Positions 13,244-25,315 of a stretch of DNA of 64,000 nucleotides are shown here, piece after piece (within the stretch, counting starts at the first letter, position 1; every line of letters begins with the position of its first letter). The position numbers and the translations under genes were made by a program. The notes under the pieces were generated by a model. That model made no database searches. It had not been told where the DNA came from and worked only from the letters and a program-made list of their open reading frames with translations. Source of the DNA: Ranitomeya imitator (lineage: Eukaryota); the NCBI RefSeq assembly GCF_032444005.1, contig NC_091285.1, forward strand, positions 492,838,001 to 492,902,000, written 5' to 3'.

Positions 13244-13697
13244 TCTATATATATAATTGTCTAAGGGTTTTTCCGTCTGTCTGTCTGTCTGTCTGTCTGT
13301 CCTGGAAATCCCGGCTCTCTGATTGGTCGAGGCCGCCAGGCCTCGACCAATCAGAGACCGGCACAGCATCGACGTAGAAATCCCGCGTCTCTGATTGGTC
13401 GAGGCCGCCAGGCCTCGACCAATCAGCAACGGGCACAGCGACGATGATGTCATAAAGGACGTAGACATCCCGCGTCTCTGATTGGTCGAGGCCGCCAGGC
13501 CTCGACCAATCAGCGATGGGCACAGCGACGATGATGTCATAATGGTTGCCATGGCGACGATGATGTCATAAAGGTTGCCTCGACCAATCAGCGACGGGCA
13601 CAGTCTGCCGCGAATTCTGGAATCATCATTGTCCATATACTACGGGGACATGCATATTCTAGAATACCTGATGCGTTAGAATCGGGCCACAATCTAG
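13244..13697 (+). mobile_element. Non-autonomous Helitron with CCAAT-hairpin repeats
   Basis: TC start; 3' hairpin plus CTAG|t; repeated palindrome ctgattggtcgaggccgccaggcctcgaccaatcag. Confidence 0.85.
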
Positions 13698-13715
13698 TAT
13701 ATATATATATATATA

Positions 13716-15149
13716 CAGTGGGGCAAAAAAGTATTTAGTCAGTCAGCAATAGTGCAAGTTCCACCACTTAAAAAGATGAGAGACGTCTCATTTACATCTG
13801 TAATTTACATGACGTCTGTAATTTACATCATAGGTAGACCTCAACTATGGGAGACAAACTGAGAAAAAAAAATCCAGAAAATCACATTGTCTGTTTTTTT
13901 AACATTTTATTTGCATATTATGGTGGAAAATAAGTATTTGGTCAGAAACAAACAATCAAGATTTCTGGCTCTCACAGACCTGTAACTTCTTCTTTAAGAG
14001 TCTCCTCTTTCCTCCACTCATTACCGGTAGTAATGGCACCTGTTTAAACTTGTTATCAGTATAAAAAGACACCTGTGCACACCCTCAAACAGTCTGACTC
14101 CAAACTCCACTATGGTGAAGACCAAAGAGCTGTCAAAGGACACCAGAAACAAAATTGTAGCCCTGCACCAGGCTGGGAAGACTGAATCTGCAATAGCCAA
14201 CCAGCTTGGAGTGAAGAAATCAACAGTGGGAGCAATAATTAGAAAATGGAAGACATACAAGACCACTGATAATCTCCCTCGATCTGGGGCTCCACGCAAA
14301 ATCCCACCCCGTGGGGTCAGAATGATCACAAGAACGGTAAGCAAAAATTCCAGAACCACGCGGGGGGACCTAGTGAATGAACTGCAGAGAGCTGGAACCA
14401 ATGTAACAAGGCCTACCATAAGTAACACACTACGCCACCATGGACTCAGATCCTGCAGTGCCAGACGTGTCCCACTGCTTAAGCCAGTACATGTCCGGGC
14501 CCGTCTGAAGTTTGCTAGAGAGCATTTGGATGATCCAGAGGAGTTTTGGGAGAATGTCCTATGGTCTGATGAAACCAAACTGGAACTGTTTGGTAGAAAC
14601 ACAACTTGTCGTGTTTGGAGGAAAAGAATACTGAGTTGCATCCATCAAACACCATACCTACTGTAAAGCATGGTGGTGGAAACATCATGCTTTGGGGCTG
14701 TTTCTCTGCAAAGGGGCCAGGACGACTGATCCGGGTACATGAAAGAATGAATGGGGCCATGTATCGTGAGATTTTGAGTGCAAACCTCCTTCCATCAGCA
14801 AGGGCATTGAAGATGAAACGTGGCTGGGTCTTTCAACATGACAATGATCCAAAGCACACCGCCAGGGCACCGAAGGAGTGGCTTCGTAAGAAGCATTTCA
14901 AGGTCTTGGAGTGGCCTAGCCAGTCTCCAGATCTCAACCCTATAGAAAACCATTGGAGGGAGTTGAAAGTCCGTGTTGCCAAGCGAAAAGCCAAAAACAT
15001 CACTGCTCTAGAGGAGATCTGCATGGAGGAATGGGCCAACATACCAACAACAGTGTGTGGCAACCTTGTGAAGACTTACAGAAAACGTTTGACCTCTGTC
15101 ATTGTCAACAAAGGATATATTACAAAGTATTGAGATGAAATTTTGTTTC
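13716..15149 (+). mobile_element. Tc1 copy A, right TIR missing
   Basis: TIR cagtggggcaaaaaagtatttag. Transposase 14112-15133 has one frameshift near 14625 (WSDETK...QHDND...SPDLNPIE). Confidence 0.93.
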
Positions 15150-15154
15150 ATATA

Positions 15155-16639
15155 CAGTGGGGCAAAAAAGTATTTAGTCAGTCAGCAATAGTGCAAGTTC
15201 CACCACTTAAAAAGATGAGAGGCGTCTGTAATTTACATCATAGGTAGACCTCAACTATGGGAGACAAACTGAGAAAAAAAAATCCAGAAAATCACATTAT
15301 CTGTTTTTTTAACATTTTATTTGCATATTATGGTGGAAAATAAGTATTTGGTCAGAAACAAAATTTCATCTCAATACTTTGTAATATATCCTTTGTTGGC
15401 AATGACAGAGGCAATGACTTTCAACTCCCTCCAATGGTTTTCTATAGGGTTGAGATCTGGAGACTGGCTAGGCCACTCCAGGACCTTGAAATGCTTCTTA
15501 CGAAGCCACTCCTTCGTTGCCCTGGCGGTGTGCTTTGGATCATTGTCATGTTGAAAGACCCAGCCACGTTTCATCTTCAATGCCCTTGCTGATGGAAGGA
15601 GGTTTGCACTCAAAATCTCACGATACATGGCCCCATTCATTCTTTCATGTACCCGGATCAGTCGTCCTGGCCCCTTTGCAGAGAAACAGCCCCAAAGCAT
15701 GATGTTTCCACCACCATGCTTTACAGTAGGTATGGTGTTTGATGGATGCAACTCAGTATTCTTTTCCTCCAAACACGACAAGTTGTGTTTCTACCAAACA
15801 GTTCCAGTTTGGTTTCATCAGACCATAGGACATTCTCCCAAAACTCCTCTGGATCATCCAAATGCTCTCTAGCAAACTTCAGACGGGCCCGGACATGTAC
15901 TGGCTTAAGCAGTGGGACACGTCTGGCACTGCAGGATCTGAGTCCATGGTGGCGTAGTGTGTTACTTATGGTAGGCCTTGTTACATTGGTTCCAGCTCTC
16001 TGCAGTTCATTCACTAGGTCCCCCCGCGTGGTTCTGGAATTTTTGCTTACCGTTCTTGTGATCATTCTGACCCCACGGGGTGGGATTTTGCGTGGAGCCC
16101 CAGATCGAGGGAGATTATCAGTGGTCTTGTATGTCTTCCATTTTCTAATTATTGCTCCCACTGTTGATTTCTTCACTCCAAGCTGGTTGGCTATTGCAGA
16201 TTCAGTCTTCCCAGCCTGGTGCAGGGCTACAATTTTGTTTCTGGTGTCCTTTGACAGCTCTTTGGTCTTCACCATAGTGGAGTTTGGAGTCAGACTGTTT
16301 GAGGGTGTGCACAGGTGTCTTTTTATACTGATAACAAGTTTAAACAGGTGCCATTACTACCGGTAATGAGTGGAGGAAAGAGGAGACTCTTAAAGAAGAA
16401 GTTACAGGTCTGTGAGAGCCAGAAATCTTGATTGTTTGTTTCTGACCAAATACTTATTTTCCACCATAATATGCAAATAAAATGTTAAAAAAACAGACAA
16501 TGTGATTTTCTGGATTTTTTTTTCTCAGTTTGTCTCCCATAGTTGAGGTCTACCTATGATGTAAATTACAGACGCCTCTCATCTTTTTAAGTGGTGGAAC
16601 TTGCACTATTGCTGACTGACTAAATACTTTTTTGCCCCA

Positions 16640-16642
<3 letters not shown>
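15155..16642 (-). mobile_element. Tc1 copy B, inverted relative to A, both TIRs present
   Basis: TA-flanked. Transposase 16275-15371 has the same frameshift as copy A plus a C-terminal internal deletion. Confidence 0.93.
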
Positions 16643-16688
<46 letters not shown>

Positions 16689-16710
16689 ACATTCTACTAA
16701 AAAACATATA

Positions 16711-16957
16711 CAGTTATATGAAAACGTTTGGGCACCCCTATTAATCTTGAGATTAATGTTTTATAAAAATTGTTTTTTTTTGCAACAGCTATTTCAGTTT
16801 CATATATCTAATAACTGTTGGACACAGTAATGTTCCTGCCTTGAAATGAGGTTTATTGTACTAGATATATGAAACTGAAATAGCTGTTGCAAAAAAACCA
16901 ATTTTTATAAAACATTAAGCTTAAGATTAATATGGGTGCCCATACTTTTTTATATAA

Positions 16958-16960
<3 letters not shown>
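16711..16960. mobile_element. 250-bp internally deleted Tc1 derivative of the 50640-52283 family
   Basis: Ends cagttatatgaaaacgtttgggcaccc / gggtgcccatacttttttatataactg match the termini of the 50640-52283 element. Confidence 0.85.
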
Positions 16961-17014
<54 letters not shown>

Positions 17015-17102
17015 AGATGGTGGTCCGATTCTAACGCATCGGGTATTCTAGAATATGTATGTATGTATATAGCAGCCACATAGTATATAGCACAGGCCAC
17101 GT

Positions 17103-17382
17103 GGGCAGCACGGTGGCGCAGTGGTTAGCACTGCAGCCTTGCAGCGCTGGAGTCCTGGGTTCTAATCCCACCCAGGACAACATCTGCAAAGAGTTTGTAT
17201 GTTCTCTCCGTGTTTGCGTGGGTTTCCTCCGGGTACTCCGGTTTCCTCCCACATTCCAAAGACATACTGATAGGGAATTTTAGATTGTGAGCCCCAACGG
17301 GGACAGTGATGATAATGTGTGCAAACTGTAAAGCGCTGCGAAATATGTTAGCGCTATATAAAAAATAAAGATTATTATTATT
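17103..17382 (+). mobile_element. tRNA-derived V-SINE
   Basis: tRNA-like head with A box (gtggcgcagtggtt) and B box (ggttctaatcc), V-domain-like gtttgtatgttctctccgtgtttgcgtgggtttcctccggg, and (att)n tail. Confidence 0.85.
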
Positions 17383-18328
17383 ACGTGGCCTGTGGTATAT
17401 ACCATGTGGCTGCTATATACATACATGCATATTGTAGAATACCTGATGCGTTAATATAGGCCACGCAGTATAGAACACAGCCCACGTAGTATATAACACA
17501 GCCCACACAGTATATAGCAGCCACGCAGTACATAACACAGCCCACGTAGTATGTAACACTGGCCACGTAATATATAGCAGCCCACGTAATATATAGCACA
17601 GCCCACAGAGTATCTAACTATGGCCACGCAGTGTATAGCACGCAGTATAAAACACAGCCACGTAGTATAGAACACTGCCCGCGTAGTATATAGCAGCCAT
17701 GTAGTATATAACGCAGCCCACGCAGTATAGAACACAGTTCACATAGTATCTATCACTGGCCAGGTAGTATATAGCAGCCACGCGGTATCTAACACAGCCC
17801 ACGTAGTATTTAGCAGTGTGGGCACCATATCCCTGTTAAAAAAAATAATTAAAATAAAAAATAGTTATATACTCACCCGCCGGGATCCATCGTAGATCCA
17901 GCGAACCTTTGGCGATATGCGCGCGGCTGCCGCCATCTTTCGTTCCCAGGATGCATTGCGAAATTACCCAGATGACTTAGTCTTCTGGGTAATTTCACAA
18001 TGCATCTCTGGGAACGGAAGCTGGCGGCAGGCGCGAGCGCATCGTCAGACTACGGAAGTTGATCATAGCAGGTTTTTTGTTTGTTTTTTATTTTTAACAT
18101 ATCTTTTTACTATTGATGCTGCATAGGCAGTATCAATAGTAAAAACTTGGTCACACAAGGTTAATAGCGGCGGAAACGGAGTGAGTTACCCGCGGCATAA
18201 CGCAGTCCGTTACCGCTGGCATCAACCCTGTCTGAACGGTGACTGGAGGGGAGTATGGAGCGGGCACTGACTGTGGGGAGTATGGATCGGGCACCGGGCA
18301 CTGACTGCAGGGGAGTAGGGAGGGACTA

Positions 18329-19149
18329 TGTTATGACCTGGTCATGAGGACAATAATGGACCTGGTGGTTAAGAGCACACGGAATGACCTGATAGTTACT
18401 AATAATACAGGACAAGCTCTGAGACGTGGGAACTCTGCTGACCGCAATCCCTAATCCTATCACACACACTAGAAATAGCCGTGGAGCGCTCCTGACGCTC
18501 CCTAAGCGCCTCGTCACAGCCTAAGGAACTAGCTAGCCCTAAAGATAGAAAAATAAAGCCTACCTTGCCTCAGAGAAATTCCCCACAGGAACAGGCAGCC
18601 CCCCACATATAATGACTGTGAGTAAAGATGAAAATTACAAACACAGAGATGAAATAGATTTAGCAAAGTGAGGCCCGACTTACTGAACAGACAGAGGATA
18701 GGAAAGGTAACTTTGCGGTCAGCACAATAACTACAAAAAGACCACGCAGAGGGCGCAAAAGACCCTCCGCACCGACTCACGGTGCGGAGGCGCTCCCTCT
18801 GCGTCCCAGAGCTTCCAGCAAGCAAGACAAAAATCAAAATAGCAAGCTGGACAGAAAAAATAGCAAACAGAGAAAAACAAGCAGGAACTTAGCTTCTGCT
18901 GGGAAGACAGGTCACAGGAACGATCCAGGAGCGAACTAGACCAATACTGGAACATTGACAGGTGGCATGGAGCAAAGATCTAGGTGGAGTTAAATAGAGC
19001 AGCCAGCTAACAAATTAACCTCGTCACCTGTGGAAGGAACCTCAGAAGCCGCAGCCCCACTCACAACCACCAGAGGAAGCCCATGGACAGAACTAGCCGA
19101 AGTACCATTCATGACCACAGGAGGGAGCTTAACAACAGAATTCACAACA
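18329..19149 (-). mobile_element. Solo LTR related to the Gypsy at 38989-44778
   Basis: TG...CA ends; clear reverse-complement homology to the Gypsy LTRs; flanked by ggacta on both sides. Confidence 0.92.
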
Positions 19150-20630
19150 GGACTAATCGGACTGTGGCCGTCGCTGATTGGTTGCGGCAGCCATGACAGG
19201 CAGCTGGCGAGACCAATCAGCGACTTGGATTTCCATGACAGACAGAGGCCGCGACAGACAGAAAGACGGAAGTGACCCTTAGACAATTATATAGTAGATA
19301 CACACACATGTATGTATACACAGAGTGGTAGAGGAATACTGTCATTTGGTATAAGGTGATTATTCTAAGAATACGTAAATACAAAGAAAATCAGGAGATT
19401 TTTCCATGTTAAATATATGCACGCACTTCAATGATGGGGTGCCTCCAAAAACGCCTACGTTGTCTCCTTCTCTATCTTTGGTGGTTTCGGTCTTGCTCCC
19501 AAGCAAAAGCACAGGCCAGAAAAATCTTGAAGCTGAAATCCAGGTTGAAATAAAAGCTCTCCATGGAAAGATCCATCATGACACAGGAAACAGTAGCAAG
19601 CTGTTAAAATTTCTGTACCCCTAGGGTCAATATATATAGAGCCCATCATATACGCCCTCTCTATTCCCATTGGTGGTGTCAGGTTATCTTTTTTTGGCTC
19701 CTTGAATTTTTTTGTGAAATGTGCAAAAAAAATGCAAACGCGTGTTAACGCTGCGTTTTTTTGCCGCATGCGTTTAACGCATGCGGCAAAAAAACGCAGC
19801 GTTGACATGCGTTTACATGTGTTTTTGCATGTGTTTTTTTGAACGCATTAAAAACGCTGCAGACAAAAACGCAAGTGTGAAACCAGCCTTACCCCCGCTA
19901 TTAACCCTGTGTGTCCCCAACTTTTTACTATTGACGCTGCCTATGCGGCATAAATAGTAAAAAATATAATGTTAAAAATAATAAAAAAAAAAAAAACCTG
20001 CTATACTCACCCTCCGTTGTCGCTCGCGCTGGCCACCATCTTCCGTTGCAGGTTCCGGTGGCAAAAATGGTATGGGAGAAGGACCTGCCATGACGTCACG
20101 GTCATGTCACCGCGACCTCATCACAGGGCCTGCGCGAGAAGGACCTGCCATGAGGTCACAGTCATGTGACCGCAACGTCATCACAGGTTCTGCGCTCATA
20201 CCAACCCTGGGACCGGAAGCTGCCGTGGACTACAAGGGGCCCTCGGAAAGGTGAGTATATGTTTATTTTTTAACCTGTGACAAACCTGGCTGGGCAATAT
20301 ACTACGTAGCTGGGCAATATACTACGTGACTGGCCAATATACTACGTGGCTCTGTGCTGTATACTACTTCGCTGTGCAATATACTACGTGACTGGCCAAT
20401 ATACTACGTGGCTCTGTGCTGTATACTACGTCACTGGGCAATATACTATGTAACTGGGCAATATACGTGGCTCTGTGCTGTATACTACGTCACTGGGCAA
20501 TATACTACGTCACTGGGCAATATACTACGTAACTGGGCAATATAGTACGTCGCTGGGCAATATACTATGTCACTAGGCAATATACTACGTAACTGGGCAA
20601 TACACTACATTGCTGTGCAATATACTACGT

Positions 20631-21069
20631 GATCTTTTTAATCATAGACCTGAAACAGGGACAAGGGGGCATCCTCTGCGTTTGGAGGAAAAAAGGTTTA
20701 AGCATAATAACAGACGCGGATTCTTTACTATAAGAGCAGTGAGACTATGGAATCTGCCGTATGATGTTGTAATGAGTGATTCATTACTTATATTTAAGAG
20801 GGGACTGGATACCTTTCTGGAAAAGTATAATGTTACAGGGTATATATACTAGATTCCTCGATAGGGCGTTGATCCAGGGAACTAGTCTGATTGCCGTATG
20901 TGGAGTCGGGAAGGAATTTTTTTCCCCAATGTGGAGCTTACTCTTTGCCACATGGTTTTTTTTTGCCTTCCTCTGGATCAACATGTTAGGGCATGTTAGG
21001 TTAGGCTATGGGTTGAACTAGATGGACTTATAGTCTTCCTTCAACCTTAATAACTATGTAACTATGTAA
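20631..21069 (+). mobile_element. 5'-truncated CR1 LINE 3' end
   Basis: ORF2 C-terminus (TRGHPLRLEEKRF...RRGFFTIRAVRLWN-LP...FKRGLD), 3' UTR, and (aactatgt)n tail. Confidence 0.88.
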
Positions 21070-21261
21070 TTAGGCAGTATACTACGTATCTGGGCAATAT
21101 ACTACGTGGCTGGGCAATATACTACGTGGTTGGGCAATATACTACGTGGTTGGGCAATATACTACGTCACTGGGCAATATACTACGTGGTTGGGCAATGT
21201 ACTACGTGGTTGGGCAATATACTATGTAGCTGGGCAATATACTACGTGTCTGTGCAATATA

Positions 21262-22107
21262 CCGTATTTTTCGGACTATAAGACACACTAGACCATAAGG
21301 CGCACCCCAAATTTGGGGTGAAAATTGCAGAAAAAAAGTTTTTTTATAAGATGGGGGTCCGTCTTATTGTCCGAATTTACAGTATCTTACCTGAGGGCTG
21401 GCGGTGGCAGAGCAGGGTCACAGGAGGCATGGTGTCGGCAGAGGTGGGGAGGTGCTGGGATGAGGTGGTGCTGGGATGAGGAGGCGCAGTGAGAGGTATG
21501 GCATGAGAGGGGTCCCTTTCCCTGGTATGGTGATGCAGCAGCCCTGTAAGCAGCAGAGCCGGTTGAATCCTGCGGTGGCAGAGGTGCGGCGGCAGAGGTG
21601 TGGCGGCAGAGGAGGCGCATTAAGCTGGGTCCCTTTCTCTGGTGAGGTGATGCAGCAGCCCGTTAAGCAGCAGAGCCGGTTGAATCCTGTTGTTATCGGT
21701 GGGGGCGGCCATCTTCCTGAGGCCGCGCGTGTGCAGATGAAGCGCTCTGCTTCCCGGGGCTTCAGGAAAATGGCTGCGGGAGGCCGCGCGTGCGCAGATG
21801 GAGATTGCGGCGGCCATTTTCCTGAAGCCCCGGGAAGCAGAGCGCTCCATCTGCGCACGCGCGGCCTCAGGAAAATGGCCGCCACCACCGATAACAACAG
21901 GATTCACCCGGCTCTGCTGCTTACCGGGCTGCTGCATCACCTCACCAGAGAAAGGGACCCCGCTTACTGTGCCTCCTCTGTCGCCGCACCTCTGCCACCG
22001 CACCTCTGCCACCACGGTAAGCCTGCATTGCGACTATTAGACGCACCCCCCATTTTCCCCCCTTTTGTTGGGGTGAAAAAGTGCGTCTTGTAGTCCGAAA
22101 AATACGG
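21262..22107. mobile_element. Tc2/pogo-type non-autonomous element
   Basis: TIR ccgtatttttcggactataagac / gtcttgtagtccgaaaaatacgg; TA TSD; internal inverted repeats. Confidence 0.85.
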
Positions 22108-22388
22108 TACTATGTCACTGGGCAATATACTACATGTCTGGGCAATGTACTACATGGCTGGACAATATACTACGTGACTGTGCAATATACTACGTGGCTG
22201 GGCAATATACTACGTGGCTGGGCAATATACTATGTAGCTGGGCAATATACTACGTGGCTGGGCTATATACTATGTGGCTGGGCAATATACTACGTGGCTT
22301 GGCAATATACTACGTGGGCTGTGCAATATACTACGTGGACATGCATATTCTAGAATACCCGATGCGTTAGAATCGGGCCACCATCTAG

Positions 22389-23463
22389 TCTTCAATAAAT
22401 GCACAAGTTTATGTTGATATTTTGGACACTTTTCTTATCCCATCAATTGAAAGGATGTTTGGGGATGATGAAATAATTTTTCAAGATGATACTGCATCCT
22501 GCCATAAAGCAAAAATTGTGAAATCATTCCTTGAAAAAAGACACATAAGGTCAATGTCATGGCCTGCAAATATTCCGTATCTCAATCCAATTGAAAATCT
22601 TTGGTGGAAGTTGAAGAAAATTTTCCATGACAAGGCTCCAACCTGCAAAGCTGATCTGGCAACAGCAATCAGAGAAAGTTGGAGCCAGATTGATGAAGAG
22701 TACTGTTTGACACTCATTAAGTCCATGCCTTAGGGTGTGTGTCCACTTTCAGGATGGCCAGCGGTATCGCCGGAGCAGCTTAGCCGCTCTGCGGTAGCCC
22801 CGCCCCCTTTCTGGGACGCGATGATGCCGGATGTGTTCACAGCACACATCCGGCATCATCGCTCCCCACCATAGGGCCCCGTGCTATATCTTGCGGCGAC
22901 GCAGCGTTGCCGCAAGATATACGGACATGCTGCGATCTGAAAAGACGCGCAGCATGTCCGGAGTCGCAGGGCCGCCGCGTGCGTGTTACCACGCATAGTG
23001 GAGACGGGATTTCATTAAATCCCCTCCACTATGCTGTAACATCTGGACGCTGCGTGTCTGACGCTGCGGCTCTATGCAGCGCCAGACACGCAGCGTTTCC
23101 TGCACGTGGACACATACCCTTAGAGACTGCAAGCTGTTATAAAAGCCAGAGGTGGTGCAACAAAATACTAGTGATGTTTTGGAGTGTTTTTTTGTTTGTT
23201 TGTTTTTCATGATTCCATAATTTTTTACTCAGAATTGAGTGATTCCATAATTTTTCCCCTATGCAAGGTTAAAAAAGTAACCATTACTGACTACCACATT
23301 TTTTGCTCTTGATTTCTTTGTGTTTCTTAAAGCCAGAAAGTTGCCATTTGAAATTATTTTAGTTTTGTGCCATATCTGTGACGTGCTTTTTTTTTATACA
23401 AAATTAAACAACTGAATGAACATCATCCAAGGCCGGTGATTCCATAATTTTTGCCAGGGGTTG
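22389..23463 (+). mobile_element. 3' half of a Tc1 transposon, split by a MITE
   Basis: FQDD...WPANIPYLNPIENLW...KSMP, resuming as RLQAVIKARGGATKY* after the MITE; ends ...ccaggggttg|ta. Confidence 0.8.
22733..23119. mobile_element. PIF/Harbinger-type MITE
   Basis: TIR gggtgtgtgtccac / gtggacacataccc; TTA TSD on both sides; interrupts the Tc1 reading frame. Confidence 0.88.
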
Positions 23464-23614
23464 TAATCCAGGTGGGGATAAAACTAAATGACATTAAGAT
23501 TGTGAACTCATCCCTCTTTGTGACCTTGAAGAACATTCTGTGATTTCATCAGCAGATCAAAATAATTTCTACCCTTATATCCAAAAATAGTTATTACACC
23601 GCAAATGGAAGTAT

Positions 23615-23649
23615 AGCAACATTTCGGGTAATGTACCCTTCGTCAGGCT
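23615..23649 (-). ncRNA. Minimal hammerhead ribozyme motif
   Basis: Minus strand reads agc-CTGACGA-A-gggt[acatt]accc-GAAA-tgtt-gct: canonical core, with a likely C>T change in stem III. Confidence 0.65.
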
Positions 23650-24789
23650 TTTAATAGGATGAGAGAATGGAAATCACTATTGTCCATAGGAGAAGGGACC
23701 CAGTGCTACAAAATGCAGTGAATATAGAGGAATGTGGTGTGACTCTTGGTCTACTACTGTCTAATCTGCTACTTTTCAGAAAACTCTCTTCGGGTTGACT
23801 TCTATTCTTGCTGGTGACCACTTGCATGACTTTCCAGCCTGGGGCCCCTTACTGCCTAGCAGCTTTATCCCCATGGTCTGTGAACCTTCTGCTCTCACTG
23901 CTGCATGCATCTCGCCCTGGGCAAGATTGCACGGGCTCTGCTGCCTATACAGGAAGTGCTTCTCCTATATCCCTGTGGCTCTGCACTGCCCTGCTCTCAC
24001 TCTTTCTAACTGCTTAACCCCTATGCTGCCTGTATCTCCCTAACACTACTATCTATTCTATGCTATCCTTTTCCCTATCACTATTCTAATCCCCCTTGGT
24101 CCTATACTACTTCCTAACATTTCCATAGGCCTATGCACAATACATAACAAATGCATTTACATTGCAGTACACAAAATTCAGTAAACATGTATAAACATTG
24201 CATTTCACATTAATACACCATTTGGTGCCGTATGTAATATGTGAACAGTGACCAGGGGAGAGGAGGCATGTGAGGGTCCCCGCCACCTCCTTACATTTAC
24301 AAACACTAAGTTCAGGCCGCTAAACAAGCGCGATTGACAGTATTGAAGTGATGCGACACTTGTTTCCTGGCCTCTTTAGAGTATGTGCATAATTGACAGC
24401 GCTTTAAACGCAGCACATGTCTGCTGCATCCAAAGAGCTGCCGGCTATGGAACGCAGGTGAATCCGCATGTGTTCTTTGATCCGTGCAGATATTAGCCGC
24501 GTCCAATACATTGTATGGGTGAAATATATCTTGCGGAGGCTCAATTCTCCGCAAGATAAAGAGACATGCTGCGCTCTGGAGAGATGTGGCGCATGTCCGT
24601 CTCCGTGGGTGAGCTGCAGGCATCTATGCACACATAGTGGGCATGGGATTTCTTGAAATCCCATCCACTATGCTGTAACATCTACTGTAGATGCCACACA
24701 AGTATGCAGCATCCAACCCGCATCGTTTACTGACCATGTGCACCTACCCTCGATACAGTATAATGCAGGTCCCATATAGTAAATATAGT

Positions 24790-25315
24790 AAAATGCACTC
24801 CCCTTGGTCCTTGATAGAGTATACTACAGCCCCCTCATTGTATACTGCAGCCCCCCTCATAGAGTATAAAGTAGTCACCTCATAAGGCACAATGCAGCCC
24901 CCCTCAGAGTACAATGCAGCCTTCTCGGAGTATAATGCTGTCCCTTCAGAGTATAATGCAGCCCCCTAAGACTATAATACAGCGACTTCAGAGTATAATG
25001 CAGCTATACACACACAGTATAATGCAGCCCCCCATACACAGTATAATTCAGTCCCCCTACAAACACACACACAGTATAGTGCAACCCTCCCACACACAGT
25101 AAAATGCAGCCCCCCCACACACAGTATAGTGCAGTCCCCCCACGCACAGTATAGTGCAGCCCCCACAAAAAGTATAGTGCAGCCTCCCACACACACAGTA
25201 TAATGTAACCCCTCCACACACCCAATATAGTGCAGTCCTCCAACACACAGCATAGTGCAGCAGACACAAACACAGTATAGTGCAGTCCCCCCACACACAG
25301 TATTGTGCAACAGAT
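24790..25315. repeat. Degenerate ~25-bp minisatellite
   Basis: Repeating unit cagtata(a/g)tgcagcccccacaca. Confidence 0.8.

Larger units (their letters stand above)
17013..19298 (-). mobile_element. Non-autonomous Helitron carrying a SINE and a solo LTR
   Basis: Reverse-complement homolog of 2671-3825, with the terminal CTAG mutated and the same ~20-bp tandem array. Confidence 0.8.
19890..22388 (+). mobile_element. 5'-truncated Helitron with 20-bp array and nested inserts
   Basis: Array unit gggcaatatactacgtggct; 3' hairpin plus CTAG|t at 22388. Confidence 0.75.

Noticed and set aside
13163-13636. 157-aa minus-strand ORF repeated at 32818-33581
   Set aside because: It is the antisense reading of Helitron internal repeats; its recurrence reflects element copies, not coding conservation.
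14021-14641. 206-aa ORF antisense to the Tc1 transposase (twin at 15746-16366)
   Set aside because: It is a shadow frame of the transposase with no independent evidence.
20285-22340. CRISPR-like regular repeats (also 24790-25315 and 49660-50350)
   Set aside because: Contiguous tandem units with no unique spacers, in a eukaryotic context with no cas genes.
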